A DNA stretch of 64,000 nucleotides, from NCBI GenBank assembly GCA_002633005.1, contig NMRA01000095.1:425901-489900 (forward strand), given 5' to 3'. The position numbers and the translations under genes are program-made. Under the pieces are notes generated by a model. The model had not been told where the DNA came from. It made no database searches and worked only from the letters and a program-made list of their open reading frames with translations. Numbering within the stretch: the stretch's first letter is position 1; each line of letters starts with the position of its first letter. Positions 29,801 to 42,476 of this stretch are shown here, in pieces. This DNA comes from Phoronis australis (Eukaryota; Animalia; Phoronida).

Positions 29801-30769
29801 GTCTGGGGCCAGCTACAGTCAGTTACGTTGGTACCGACAGTAAACCAATTAGAATGCTTGTCAGACAATGGCTCCATCCTGTTGTTGTTAATAAAATGCT
29901 TTGACATCTGCGAGTCTGACATGTTTATGTTTACCACTGGCAGGCTTATGTCTGCTGGGTTACCTGCAGAGAACCGTTGTTGTGAAAGCGATGTTTTTTG
30001 TTTCAAGTTGTGCTGTATCTATTTGTTGGGTTTGTGGCTACGCTGATAGATCAAGTAATCGGGGGACGTGATGTCACAACGGGGCGGGGTGGAAATGACA
30101 CTTCAAAACGTGACAATTTTATGTCAGAAAAATTACTGAATTTTATTGGTTGGCTGTATTTTAAAACTATGGATGGTGGCAGTTAAAATAGTTGGAATCA
30201 CGCTTTGTTTCACTTCAGTTGTTCAAATCTACTCGTGTTAATTTTTGTTTCTTTGGATCTACCATTGTAGTCGGAAAAAAACGTGGCCTTCCTCTGTTTT
30301 CCCAAATTTTGTAAAATTTGATTCATGCTGTTTTGTTCGTTCTTCATTAGATCAGTCCAATATTTTCAACCCTCATCTGCTGTACAACTGACATAATGTT
30401 GAAAGCCTTTGTCTGTGATACCAACCATAACACTAAAAACACCTATAAATCAGACATTGTCTGTTGTGAAAACATGTGATGCCTGAAAATGTGTGTAGAC
30501 TGAGTTAAAGCCTTATCACATTTGTACTTTACCTGAGTGTGCCATCCTCTGCGTAACTACACCTGTTTCGAGTTATTAAACATATGGTTTGTAATGTATA
30601 GCTGTTACAGCATATTGTTTGGTTAGACTCAGAAATGAAGAACTAAAAATTAAAAGAAACAAAAACCTGCCACTAGCACAACTGGTGGAGTTCAACCCCT
30701 GCTGCTAAAATCCGCAGACTCGTCCTCCTAGGAATGCCAGGTTTGTACCAAAATGAAACACTGGATCAA

Positions 30770-31070
30770 TTTAGGACAGTCTCTAAATTTTGGGACTCTC
30801 AAATTCCAGCCATCGTTGAATTTTCTTGATTCTGAAGATTGGGACATGTCTAGTTTTGGTGTTCGTCATTTTTCTCAAATATTGGACACTTTATTACGTA
30901 TCGACAAAGTCTGAGGTAGTCGTTGGAAATAGTTGGCTATGCAAAATTTGTTCTTGATTCTACAGTTTGGGACGGCCAATATTCTAAATTTTGGTACAAG
31001 CTCCGATCTTGATTCTTGACCAAAGTTGGTACTGTCCAAAGTTGAGACTTTGTGCCGTTGTGGTAATACT
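30770..31070 (+). repeat. Dispersed repeat family B, copy 2
   Basis: gattctacagtttgggacggccaatatt plus repeated ttgggac/ttggac subunits. Confidence 0.6.
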
Positions 31071-34000
31071 GTACCCTAAATTTTCTGCATTCACTCCTAG
31101 TGATTGTGTTTACCAACCATGTGAAGCCTGGTCATACCGAAGTAATTCTCTGAGTGATTTCAAATGGAGAAAGCACAAGTAGAAACCTGCTGAGTGTTGT
31201 TGTAATCTAGAGTAGGAGCCCGTGCACGGTATCATAGTAAAGTCGCGTTTTTACCCAAGTTGACCGTTTTCGCCGTCATGCAGTCATTTCAAGAAGAGCT
31301 TAAAGACATTTTTTCCTTTATTTTCACCTGTTTGAGACACAGAAACTTAACCATTATAGGACCATTTCATAATTTACAGTCTTTCATTTATTTGCGTTTT
31401 TACTTGGTCATTCCTAAAAGTTGAAGTTCGGTGCCTTTCAGTTAGTCACCATTTCGTTGGTGCACCACCAAAAATTATTTTGAAAATCCGTGTTTAACTC
31501 TGACATTCCGAACACGAGTTTGGTGCGGCTGGGCCTTTAACAAACTACATATCTGCAAAATGAATTTGGTGCCACCAGGCCTTTATTAAACTCCATGCCT
31601 GCAAAATCTAGGATATGGTAAAATCTCAAAATTTTGGACAGAAATAATTTTCGATGTCACGGTCTTCCGACATTGTTGCGAATGCCCACAATTTTTTAAA
31701 ATATTTTCAGACGATAATTATGGTACAGAGATCGAACATGGTAAACCATAAATTTGATGTTACGTGTCTTTTATGAGATAATAAATTTCACCTGTCTGTC
31801 ATACCGTGTTCTGTGTTAGTAAGATTTTACTTTACCTTAGTTAAAATAGTTTAGGGCACTTGTACTGAAAGGTTCATGTTGACGATGAAATTTTTGGTAT
31901 CTTGTTACATTTGCAAATAATTCATATGGTTTCCGACGATGTACTTTTCAACTTTTGTTTTACTGAGCTTTCCTAAACAAATTGTACCAGAACAGTGATT
32001 ATGGCAAGTCTTCAAGTTAGAGAACACAGTGTGACGGAACAGCAAAATTCAACAATAGTGAACAATAAAGACAATGTTACTTGATTATTTGAAAACATTA
32101 TGTAGTATGGCTGTCGCCAACAAATAATGAAATGTTGAACATTTTTGGTAATTGTAACAGTTGAGCTTTTGAAAAAAATGGAAAATGACAACTTTGGTCA
32201 TTATTTTTGTTCAAATTTGAGGAAACCTTACATTTATATTTGTGTTGATTGCATTAACTGTCTGTATATTCCTAGTTTGTGGTTTTTGATGACTTAGTTG
32301 AAATAATTTATATTGATTTAGCAATTAAAATGATTTCGCCATGGTTGAGTTATATTTAATTGAGGTTCCACAGCATAGTTCACCCTATATTGTCAATCAT
32401 ATTCTAGTCACACTCTCCCTGGCTTTTGGTAAATTGGGGGAAAGATATGTTCTATAAACCTTGCCAAGAACAAGCCAAGTTCAAAGCATAGCTGAACAAG
32501 AGCGTGACTGAAGTCTTATTGGCTTATTAGCAGAACATTGGTTGTCTCTGACCTCCCACTGCTAATAAGCAAGCGAGATCCATTGCTCTCCCTTTTAATG
32601 CTTGTCTACCTTATTAACGAACGTAATTTCCATGTCACATGTGATGTTTTCATCCACTCTCGTTCAATTGTTTGTCATCTCTGCTTCGAATAGTGGCCAG
32701 CGTTTGTTAATTCAGAACAATGCTTGACAAATGCAGTCGGCCTATTTTTAGCGGCCAGGGGCTGCATCTGTTGCATTCCTTCAGGTTTTTATACCGGGTC
32801 GACAGCCGGCGCCCTCCTTTCAATTCACGTGCCTCTGATGTTCTGTTGGCTGAGCAGGACAGGAAGTCACTGTGTTCAACATGGCCTGACAATCACATGG
32901 CAGAAACACAATTACAGCTAATCAGTGGCTTCCTGCTCTGAGTATTGTTTCCAGTTTTCCAGCGCTTCGATCAAACAAGGGTACGTAGGGTGGTCTGTGT
33001 TCACAGACCATTGTCAATTAAGGAACCTATGTTAATTTTAACAAACATTTGTCTGTAATCACAAGCACCTCAGCTTTGACCCATGACCACAAAATGGACT
33101 AGTCTGAAAGACTTGGTCTTGCTGTCAAAGTCATCCTGCTCACCCCTGTCAACGTCACTGTTGACATTTGCATGTAATATGAATTGTTCCAACAGGCTCA
33201 ACTGTGGACCTATTGTTCTTTGCTCTAAATAGATTAATCAGCCAGCAGTCAGCGGAAATGACATTTTCTGTTCCTGCTGTCCTGTGTGGAATTCAGTTTC
33301 ATTGAGAAATTTAGCCTGGGCTCAAGTGGATCAAGAGGGTTGGGAGATAGAACTGACTGATAGAGTGGCTTGTTTGTAATATTATGTACTGAGACGATGG
33401 CTGCTGCTATGTTGTCGCCAGATTTCATGAGGTTGGACTGTTTGTTTTCCTTGTAAAATTATTCAAGGGTTGTTGAAATGTTAGACAGTCTTGTAACCTA
33501 TCCTTGCTCCTGCCTCATTGCAGATCTGTGGTTTTATCATCGCTGTTGATCTGCGCACCAACTCTAGGAATGGTTCTGTTTACGTAATCACTGATTTTTT
33601 GTTAATTTTACTTCTTATTTTTGAAAATACTTAAAAGATTCTTCATTTAGGTGTGTAATATTGTGGAAAGTGAAATTTTAATTTTGACCTCTTATTAAAT
33701 GAAGATAAGCTGTTGACAGTTCTGTGGTCACATGATTTGTTATGTTAACAGTTTTTGCTGAGTAACATTTGATAAATATAAAAAAATTCCCCTGTTCGTG
33801 TACATTATTTATTATCAGTTGTTCAAACTTTTCAGCCAGTGATTGCTGATGTCATAGTCTAGCTGTTCCCTACATCAGGTGTAGGTGCGACAGATTATTT
33901 TCTAGAATCCTTGTCTGGCCTCAAAACAATCACACCTGTCTGCCATTGATTTTGAGATTTTGTTTGCCTTCAATTGTTATATAGATAAGACAGAATTCAA

Positions 34001-37000
34001 TCACTCTGCGCTGACAGCTACTATGGTTTTGCTCTGAATAAATTGGGTTATGGAGGTTTTATTCAGGGAGGTTTATTTGCGATACTTGGGTGCCGTGGCA
34101 TGGCGAAGATGTTTTGCAAGACTCAAAGAGTATTGAATTATTCCCTCAATCGAATGTGAATGTATGAAAGAAACAGCATAGTTAATGAGATTTTGGAAGA
34201 TATTTTGAAGCAATCAAAGAAATGTAAGTTTGAGGTACTTAGGAAATTAGCTTGGTTATAATTATAAGCAGTCGTTCGTATTGTTTTTACTGCATTGTTT
34301 GCTACCAGGTAGAGTTTTCTTGAAAATGACCAGAAAGTGCTTGGAACTGACGCAGAATTTTTAGTGTGCAGATCGTTACAGCACCTGTTAATTTTTTTGT
34401 CAAGAGCGTTGTTTGAAGTGTGACCAGTGACACGGGGAAATGCTATTAAGTCAATTTATGCGCCATTTTCTGGGAATGAAACAGTGCTAGGTATTTCGAT
34501 CTCTTTCCATTGAGTCATTTCCTAAAGGTTACAAGTTTAAGTAGCGTAGTCTGTTTTAACATGTCCTATTTAATTTTCAATGGCCAGTTATGGCATGTCC
34601 TATATTAATTTACAGTGGTGAAACACATGAGCCTGCAAAGTTGACGGATTTGCTTAAATTTTTTTTATTTACCAGAATTTTACATTTGTAACATTATATA
34701 TTTGAACGGAACGCATTAGTTGGACATCACCTGTATACTGTACAGTACTCAGGTTTTGAATGAGAATACCCGCAGCATAGCCAAAATGAGGAAATTCTTT
34801 ACACAAATTTTCTGTTATAAGTCAGTAAGGATGTAGGTTGTGTTTGGACTGAACTTGGGTGTGCTTAGCGCTATTAGGTCTTACAAAATTTCAAGAGGCA
34901 CTTAACGGTGGCTTGTCATAGTGTGAAATTTCTAAATTGACCCATACATTTCTGGCACTGGAACAATTTGGCCCCACCAGTAATTTTTAAATATATATAA
35001 TCACTTGCAGTAAATTAAAAGAAAAACCACGACTTGACTCCACGGGATAAAGTTCAGTCTGGTGTTGGGTTTTTATAAACTATTTTATAGACTAAATACA
35101 AGAATTAGGTAAACAATGGCCATGTACTCTGGCATTTATTGTCCCATTCTGTTATAAACAAGACTGTTACCCACACTGACAGGTCTGTTTACAATGCAAA
35201 ACTAAGTGATGTTAAGAATCTGTTTATGTGATGTAGTAATATAATGTGTTACAATCTTAAAGGATACTTTTAATAATTAGTTGTTTTTCTTGTCTGTTCC
35301 TCTGTACAGATTTGTTTCGTTAAATTAACGACAGTGCTATTCATTAAATTAACAAGAATTTAAGTAAATGCCACTGAGTGAAATGTTGGAAAAATTCTTC
35401 AAGGATAAATTCTTGCATTTTTTTCCATTTTCCTCCGTTGTTCTTAGCTTCTGATTGGTTGGTTCTATAATACCTTGGTGGTCTTCAGATTTGGCTGTGT
35501 CTGTCAACGGCGGATTGGTTGAAGTGATACAAACTGACAGCGAATTGCAGAACAGAACCTGAGCACAGCCCTAACAATCGACCAATGCTGGCTTGCAGTG
35601 CCCAGTGTTTGAATAATAAACAAATGCTATTATTGTTTGAGCTGTAACCCTTTTTAACCAAAACAAAACCATGTTGCTACTCCTCATGGCATTTGCAGAA
35701 GATCAGCGCTGATATAAGCTGGCTTCTCTCATTAATCCTGCCCTCTGATGGTCATTGTCAGTATCTGTGACATCACGGGACACTCAGCAGTTAAATTTAG
35801 AGTGTCTTAGCAGTGCTGGTTATTATCTTGAGACATTCTATTGAGCTGTGGTTAACATATTACTGGGAGCTATCACAGACCAAGATGACTTTGTGTGTTG
35901 CCAATCGGTAGGTGTTTTATAAAGATCGCAATTAAACAATGTTTTTGAAGAAAATGAACCCAACGATTTGTTTCCAAATTGGTCTTTCTTGTGTATAATA
36001 TTTTATAGACCAGTCTCAATTTTATTTAATCGTTATGTGTCGTGCTTCAGTGATTATTAATGTAAGAGTGAGAGGGCAGTTTCACGTCGTCGGTCCTTGT
36101 GCTGTGTTAGTTAGTTCTTCCTGTTCCTGTAATTATCAATGGATAGTTGACAATGGAGCAATGTGGGCCCATTAGTTGCCCATGTCAGTGTTGATTAGAT
36201 TCCGACATTATCACGCGTAATTACGGCCACTCTTGACTGTAATTGTCTTTCTCTCGCTATTGTCAGTAGCTAGTATAATTATGATGCAGGATTTAGTGTG
36301 CGTTGATGAGCGAGTATGACTCTATCCCTGACTTGTCAATACAGTCCCTGGCTATGTTGAGATTGTTGTGGACATCAGTTCAGTTTTCAAACGACAACTG
36401 TCCGTCGTGGGTTTGGTTCATTCTGGCTTATGCATTGAGAAGTCCCCGGCGATGTTTTGTGTGTCCGGGTAGGTAGGTTTGTGTTTTGTGTGTTGGTGTG
36501 TGTGCGTTGGTGTTTGTGTTTGTGTTTGTGTTTCCCATGCCTTCTTTGGAACATACTATTTGAGACTGGGCTTTGGGCTTCTGTATTGTTGTTGAATTGT
36601 TGATTTTTATTCATCTTTGTTTCCATCAGTTGCAAGTGTTGAAACCAAGAGATCATTCCATTTTCATTTATTGGTCATATGGTAAATATACATCTCCTAG
36701 TATTGTGTTTCTGAAATATCAATTAGGACTGTTGTGTATTTGCATTGAATTGTATGGTCATAATTGTTTTTGACCCCATTTGTAACGAAGACTAATTTAA
36801 CCCTCGGTATCTCCCTCGACCATTCCAGGTTCTTCTTAACCCACATTTTATTCACATGGTAATTTCTTTTGTCGTATCAAAAAGAGCTGATTGTACATTT
36901 CTTGGGAATAGCTCGAACATATCGATCTAATGAGACTTCAAAGATCAGATGTGTAGCTGAAGGTCCTTCTGAACAATTGTTCCCAGTTGACTCGACATGG

Positions 37001-37869
37001 GCCTTCAATAATTTTAGATCTCTTCGCCAGTTGTATTTTAATATCGCTATTTTCTAAGATGATTATTAGTAAGATTTTGTGTTAATTATTTTGTTGTTTT
37101 TGTCCAGTTGATATTTTCAAGATAGAGGTTTTGTATTAATGTCCTGGGAAAACTAGTGAGATTTTTATTATCTTAACAGAAAATTCTCATGCAAAAAAAA
37201 CAAACTGGCTGATTCACAAATTCAGTATTAAAACTTGATCGGAAGCTCTGAAGTACACTGAAAACTCAACAATTTTGGACACAACATGGCCGACAAGTGA
37301 AATTGTATTTTATTGTTTTTTTCCATAAGACATATTTAAGACCAATTTAAATGATTTTCCATGTTTCAAGTACTTTACCACAGCTGCCAACAGACAGTTT
37401 TGAACATTAATTGTGCACCATCACAACAAGGTTAGATGACCTTGAAAAGTGAAACAAAGGTCATTTTTGGCGATTACGTGTGTTCGAATTTTGTTAGATT
37501 TTACCTCTCGTTTAAAATGTTACTTGTTGGAAATCTACTCATTGTGATTTTCCAGCTGGTACTTTGTCAGTTGTCATGTCTAAGTGCAAGGTCGAAGTTT
37601 TGCTCAGTCATGCGGTAGTCTAGGTTCTCTCATCCACCTACACTCGGTGAATTCCTGTACTCGAAAATATGTTTTAATTAGCAACTTTTGTTAGCTATCC
37701 TTGTGTAATTATTTTTTTTCCTTCCCCACAATTTACTTCCTCCTTTCATTCACGTAAAACAATGGATGCAGTTGGCCTAATGCTTTAGAACTTCTATATA
37801 TAGTCTAAATCGAGCAAGTTTAGCCTTGGCTGAGCCAGTGCTGCCTGAATAAAACAATAGACAATGAGC

Positions 37870-38074
37870 TTAATATAAGCTGCTGACGTAGACTCTACAA
37901 TGCCTTTAGTCGCGCTGAACTGATGCGACGTCCGCCTAAGATTTTGTCAATATTTAGCTTGGTAAAAATAGCTATTCAGCTGCAGAGCCTCTATTGTCTC
38001 AAGTCTCTGCGGAGCGGGTACAAGAAATCCATACAGCGATGGAATCTCTCCTTGGAGATGAATAGACGGGTGAC
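37870..38074 (+). promoter_or_regulatory. Candidate proximal promoter and alternative first exon (codes MNRRV(T))
   Basis: TATAAG at 37874, Inr-like TTAGT at 37906-37910, raised CpG content, ATG at 38058, and donor AC|GTAAGT at 38075 in phase 2. Confidence 0.45.
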
Positions 38075-38938
38075 GTAAGTGTTTTGAAGTAAGAACAATC
38101 GGCCAGGAACAGTGGGAACAAAAAGTGTGTGTCGTCTGCTCTCATTACTGTCGACTGGTCAATATTTAGCCGGCTAAAAATACGAACGGGTTGTCAGGGG
38201 AATACTTTAGCAGTTATTGTTGTCAGAGTGTATACTTGTGTTCGACAACAATGGACGTTTGTGTAACACGGCCTTTTATTTCCTCGGCCATTGTTCGCAT
38301 CGCGTTTTGTTTAACTTCTTAACTGACTTGTTTTATTCTAAGCCTCTTTTTGACTGCCTATTGTTGGGTTAAGCAGAAGTGGATTTTGAACAGGCTTTTA
38401 TATCAGGATTTTCAGTGCCTGTGGCTGTGCTGTGTAAGAAGTCTCCGGTTTAGTCCCCACTACTCATACCATATGGTTTATGCATGGATAAAAATGGCAC
38501 AGCATTGTGATATACCGTAGGTTTTAAGTCAGAAAGTTACAGGTTATTTACCAAACGTTTTCCCTGATTTTGTTGTTGTTCATTGGAGGATGACAGCATT
38601 TTGCTGTGTTGTTCGTTGTATGCCTGCAAAACTTACCTCTTATTGAGACGTCTTGTTCATGACGCTTATTTGCTGTGAAACAATTCTGTGACACGTTGCT
38701 ATTGTAATGATGTTATTGAATCATACTATTGTAAAATTTTGGTCGGATTTTTTGTGATTTTCCTTTTGTTCAATCACTTGCAGTTGTAAATGTTAGTGTC
38801 TTAATCATCAAAATGAATTACTTGTGTCAAAATATGTATAATTTCTCCTGAGGAAATTGTCTGTTTTAACATTGAAAGCAGAAATGTATGATTTTGTGAA
38901 CATTTGGTTTTACCTATTTTTCTTTCAATTTCAGAACG

Positions 38939-39439
38939 ATGTCTTCTAAGAGGAAAAATATACCCACAAAGTTACCAAAGGACGAGCTGGTTGTTGCAGC
39001 CACTGAACCAGTGAACGGTCACAGTTCGACTCGAGCTGACGACGGGGACAGCGATCCAGAGATGGCGCTCCAGATTGACACACGAGAGGACGCTGGTCAC
39101 TCGGCCAGTCCGCAGCCCAGCCCCGTCTCGTCAGACAAAATGCAGAGCCGCAAACAGCGTATTCTCCAGAGTATGAAGCATGACTCGGATGGTGAGACGG
39201 ACTCGTCACAGGCCAGTAGCCACAACAATAACAATATGACAAGACCCCCTGGCGGGTCGCCACGGAAATCCATGGACTCGGTGCTGCGTAGGCTGAGCGC
39301 CAAGTCCTCAGATCAGACGGCGTATTTTGACTCGGTCAAGGCAATGCTTGTGTCGGAAGGATCAGTGGAGGAGAAAGAGAAACAACTGGGAGAGATGATC
39401 GCTCAACTACAAAGTTTGAAGGAGAATCTGAAACAGAAG
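38939..39439 (+). CDS. SoxD: Main coding exon 1 (exon starts 38935): MSSKRK N-terminus through leucine-zipper-like segment
   Basis: Acceptor ttttctttcaatttcag ends 38934; donor AAG|GTAAGA, phase 0. EEKEKQLGEMIAQLQSLKENL resembles the Sox5/6 coiled coil (EKERQL..MI.QL.SLREQL). Confidence 0.93.
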
Positions 39440-39789
39440 GTAAGATAGATGGTGATGCAATGAAATAAAGCCGCAAGAATTTTGTAGGTCTTCAACAGTT
39501 TTGTGATCGGGCAGACTGTTCCGCTGACATAGTCCGTCGGCACCCTGTGCCTGGTTTTGTAACCACAAAAACATTCACAATGTGGCCTCCAATGATACCG
39601 GCAGTTTCTTCACACCTTATTTCAGTGGTTTTCGTAAAATAGCCATTATGTTAGATTGCGCAATGTTATCTAGTCAACAAATTGACATTAGTTCTATGTC
39701 CTAGTAGTAATTATTTTGTATTTCAAAAGTTGATTTAGGCCTCCGATCATATGACACGTACAACGCGATTTTTGTAATTCTACTGTGTT

Positions 39790-39925
39790 AAGGTTATATA
39801 GGACCAGCGAAAAAATTCCAATTTTGGTCATCTTGGAACATCGTGCCTCAGAAATGACGGATCAGACCTACAGGAAACTGCGCTTTATGGACTGCTTTTC
39901 TAAACGCTTTCATGAATTATTGTTA
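39790..39925 (-). repeat. Dispersed repeat family A, copy 3
   Basis: Reverse complement reads gatccgtcatttctgaggcacgatgttccaagatgaccaaaattgg...ggtcctat. Confidence 0.6.
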
Positions 39926-42463
39926 AATGTTTCACCTTTGCATACGAAAATAGTACTTTTATGATTTTTATTAAAAAACTAAAAAGTTGCATAAAACAAT
40001 AACAAAATTGTTTAGAAAACTTTAACAATAGTTTTGAGATTTTAACTTGCACATAAACATGGTCATATTATTATTCATACCATGGTTTGTCCATGGAGGT
40101 ACAGGTCTTTTTTGCAAAATTTTACAAAAAAGACATGATCACTGGAGTTAATTGCAAATTGGGAATTTTTTTTTAAAAATTTCTGCTCTTGGAGAATTTT
40201 GCAGATATTTATCTAAAGTCACAGACTTGCTGTGAATGTGTTAAATTGTTTGAAAAGTTACCTACTGACGTTTGGCTCAGTGCATAAATTGACCCATAGC
40301 GGTATTTGTCTAAAGTGGCCCTTGGTGTCTGGGTTCTTTCCCCACTTGTGAGTGACTCTTTTAGTTTCATAGTCATTCTTTGCAACACAATGAGGAGACC
40401 TAGTCAGATGCATAGCGATGCATTGTCAAAAGTTTGTTAACAATACTGGTTGCGAAACAATAGGTGTATTGGCGCATTATTTTCTTGACTACCCAAACAC
40501 AGACTTTTAAATCTCTGCTGTGATACAAAAACAGTGAATCTATAGCCTCACAATGTGGCCAGTCATGGCACAAACACTCCATCCATTGTAATGCAACAGC
40601 TCTCTCACTTTGTTGCTATTTAAATTGTGGGCTGCCACTATACTGGCCCTCTGCATGTTGACAATGGCTTATCCAGCCTTCCAGAGAAGAATGGGTATTG
40701 TTTTTCTAGCTAACAACGCGGACAATGGCACAGCCATAGTTTAATGCCCTGGTAATGCAATACAGGCAGCATTGTTGTGTTTCAATACACCTGAGCATCC
40801 ATCTCGTTAGCACAGGTGTTCCCCAATGTCACAGTTGAGGTTGTGTTCATTAAACTCATTGTGTCATTATATCCAGCCATCCCAGTGGCCCGTGAAGTGA
40901 CTAGACCTGGCAATCGTTTTAACTTTGATTATTTGTTTTTTGTTTCCAAGTTTTTCACATGTCGGTTACCGGCTGCTTCATTGTCATGGAAGCAGAGTCA
41001 TACATTGTGCACACAGTGATTTCTGTAGTAGGCAAAGCCATAACAGTAGTTGGCAGGGAATTCTCAAAGGCATTTGTGTTAGGTCTTCTATGAAGCATTA
41101 TTTTTAATGAGACCTTCAATAGACCAGCTTTGACTAAGCGGCCCCATGTGTTTTTAATTTCAACACTTTTAATTGGGACTGTGGCACAAGGAAAATTGTC
41201 TTTTATTAGCTGGTAATCTCTTCTTTGCCCAATGACCAGACAAAAAGCCACAAATGTCCAGACTCAAAGGGCTTCCGGGGCGAGCAGTAATGAAATTCAT
41301 GGTTGATTTGGAGACCAGCACTTTTCTCTGGTGTGTCTTCTGCTGGTTCAACAGGACCTAATGAGTTTAATGAGCTGTGTTTTGTCCTGTCATTATCCAC
41401 AGAATGGGATGACCATTTGGCCACCTTCTAATGAATAACTTATGACCGCTGGAGACTAGGGAATTATGGGGCTTGATAAGCAGCAGCCAGTTTATGTGAA
41501 TAATAGCAACAGTGTTCAGAAATGTCATTTTCAATTATGGTCTTCTGGATGGGGCAAGACTGTTTTCTTTAGAACAATAGACATGTATAACAAATAGATA
41601 TAGCATTTCAGTTGTTATTGCTGAGAAGAGTGTAAATGTCAAATGCTTCTCGCTGTTCTGAATGTTTAAAACCATGTTCTGATGATGTGCTCTCGTCCTG
41701 TCGGGAGTACAGTGATGAGCGTTTTTTACCAGAAGACGAGGCTTCATTGTTGTGCAATGTTTAATCGCCACTGTTTACATTTCCCACCTAAGCTGTCGTT
41801 TTATTGTGAAGCTAATGCCAGAACAATGCCGTGGTCAAATATTAACTTAAAAAAAGCAAATCTTTACCCAGACAGGAAACCTGACAAGTTCGACAGTGTT
41901 CTGGAATGATGTTGGTATTAAATGGCTTTAGGAAATGAACTTGTGTTTTGTTTGTACAGTTTTCTCCTGTCTGTCGTACTGCTGGTGCTAATTAAAAGAC
42001 TGGTGGTAGAAATTCTCTTTTTTCATTTTAATGGATAGATAACATAGCGTACTCTCTTGGCAAAAAATCCAATATGGCTCAAATTGTGTTGTGTTCTTAT
42101 CTTTCTCACAAAGAGTAAAAATTACACTTGCTGGGTAGCGTTCATACTAATGTTGATGCGCTAATGTTTTGAGGAGGGTGAGCCAGTGTGAAAGGTAACT
42201 TCGGTCTTAGATTGGAAGCTGGCTTTTACAGCAAATGGTTGGGTTTAACCCTGACTCAGTGCTTCAATATGGTGTGAAAGGCTAACTCTAGTGCCATCAA
42301 GAGTTACCTGAAGATGTCGCTGTCAATAATAGAAAGTGCTGTGTTGTAATTTAATGTTTTGTTCTGATAGTCTTCATTACACCACTAGAAGTGCTTCGTT
42401 TCATTCATTATTCGTGATTTTTCATACTTTGAAGAATTATGTTAACATTTAACATTTTGGCAA

Positions 42464-42476
42464 CGCCATCTGGTGG
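42464..42476 (-). promoter_or_regulatory. CTCF-like motif
   Basis: Minus strand reads CCACCAGATGGCG, matching the CTCF core consensus. Motif match only. Confidence 0.35.

Noticed and set aside
682-37618. Numerous 60-112 aa ORFs in the 5' region
   Set aside because: No recognisable domains, many non-ATG starts, and lengths expected by chance in intronic DNA.
38946-39303. Antisense ORFs over coding exon 1
   Set aside because: Shadow ORFs of a GC-richer coding exon, with no recognisable motifs.
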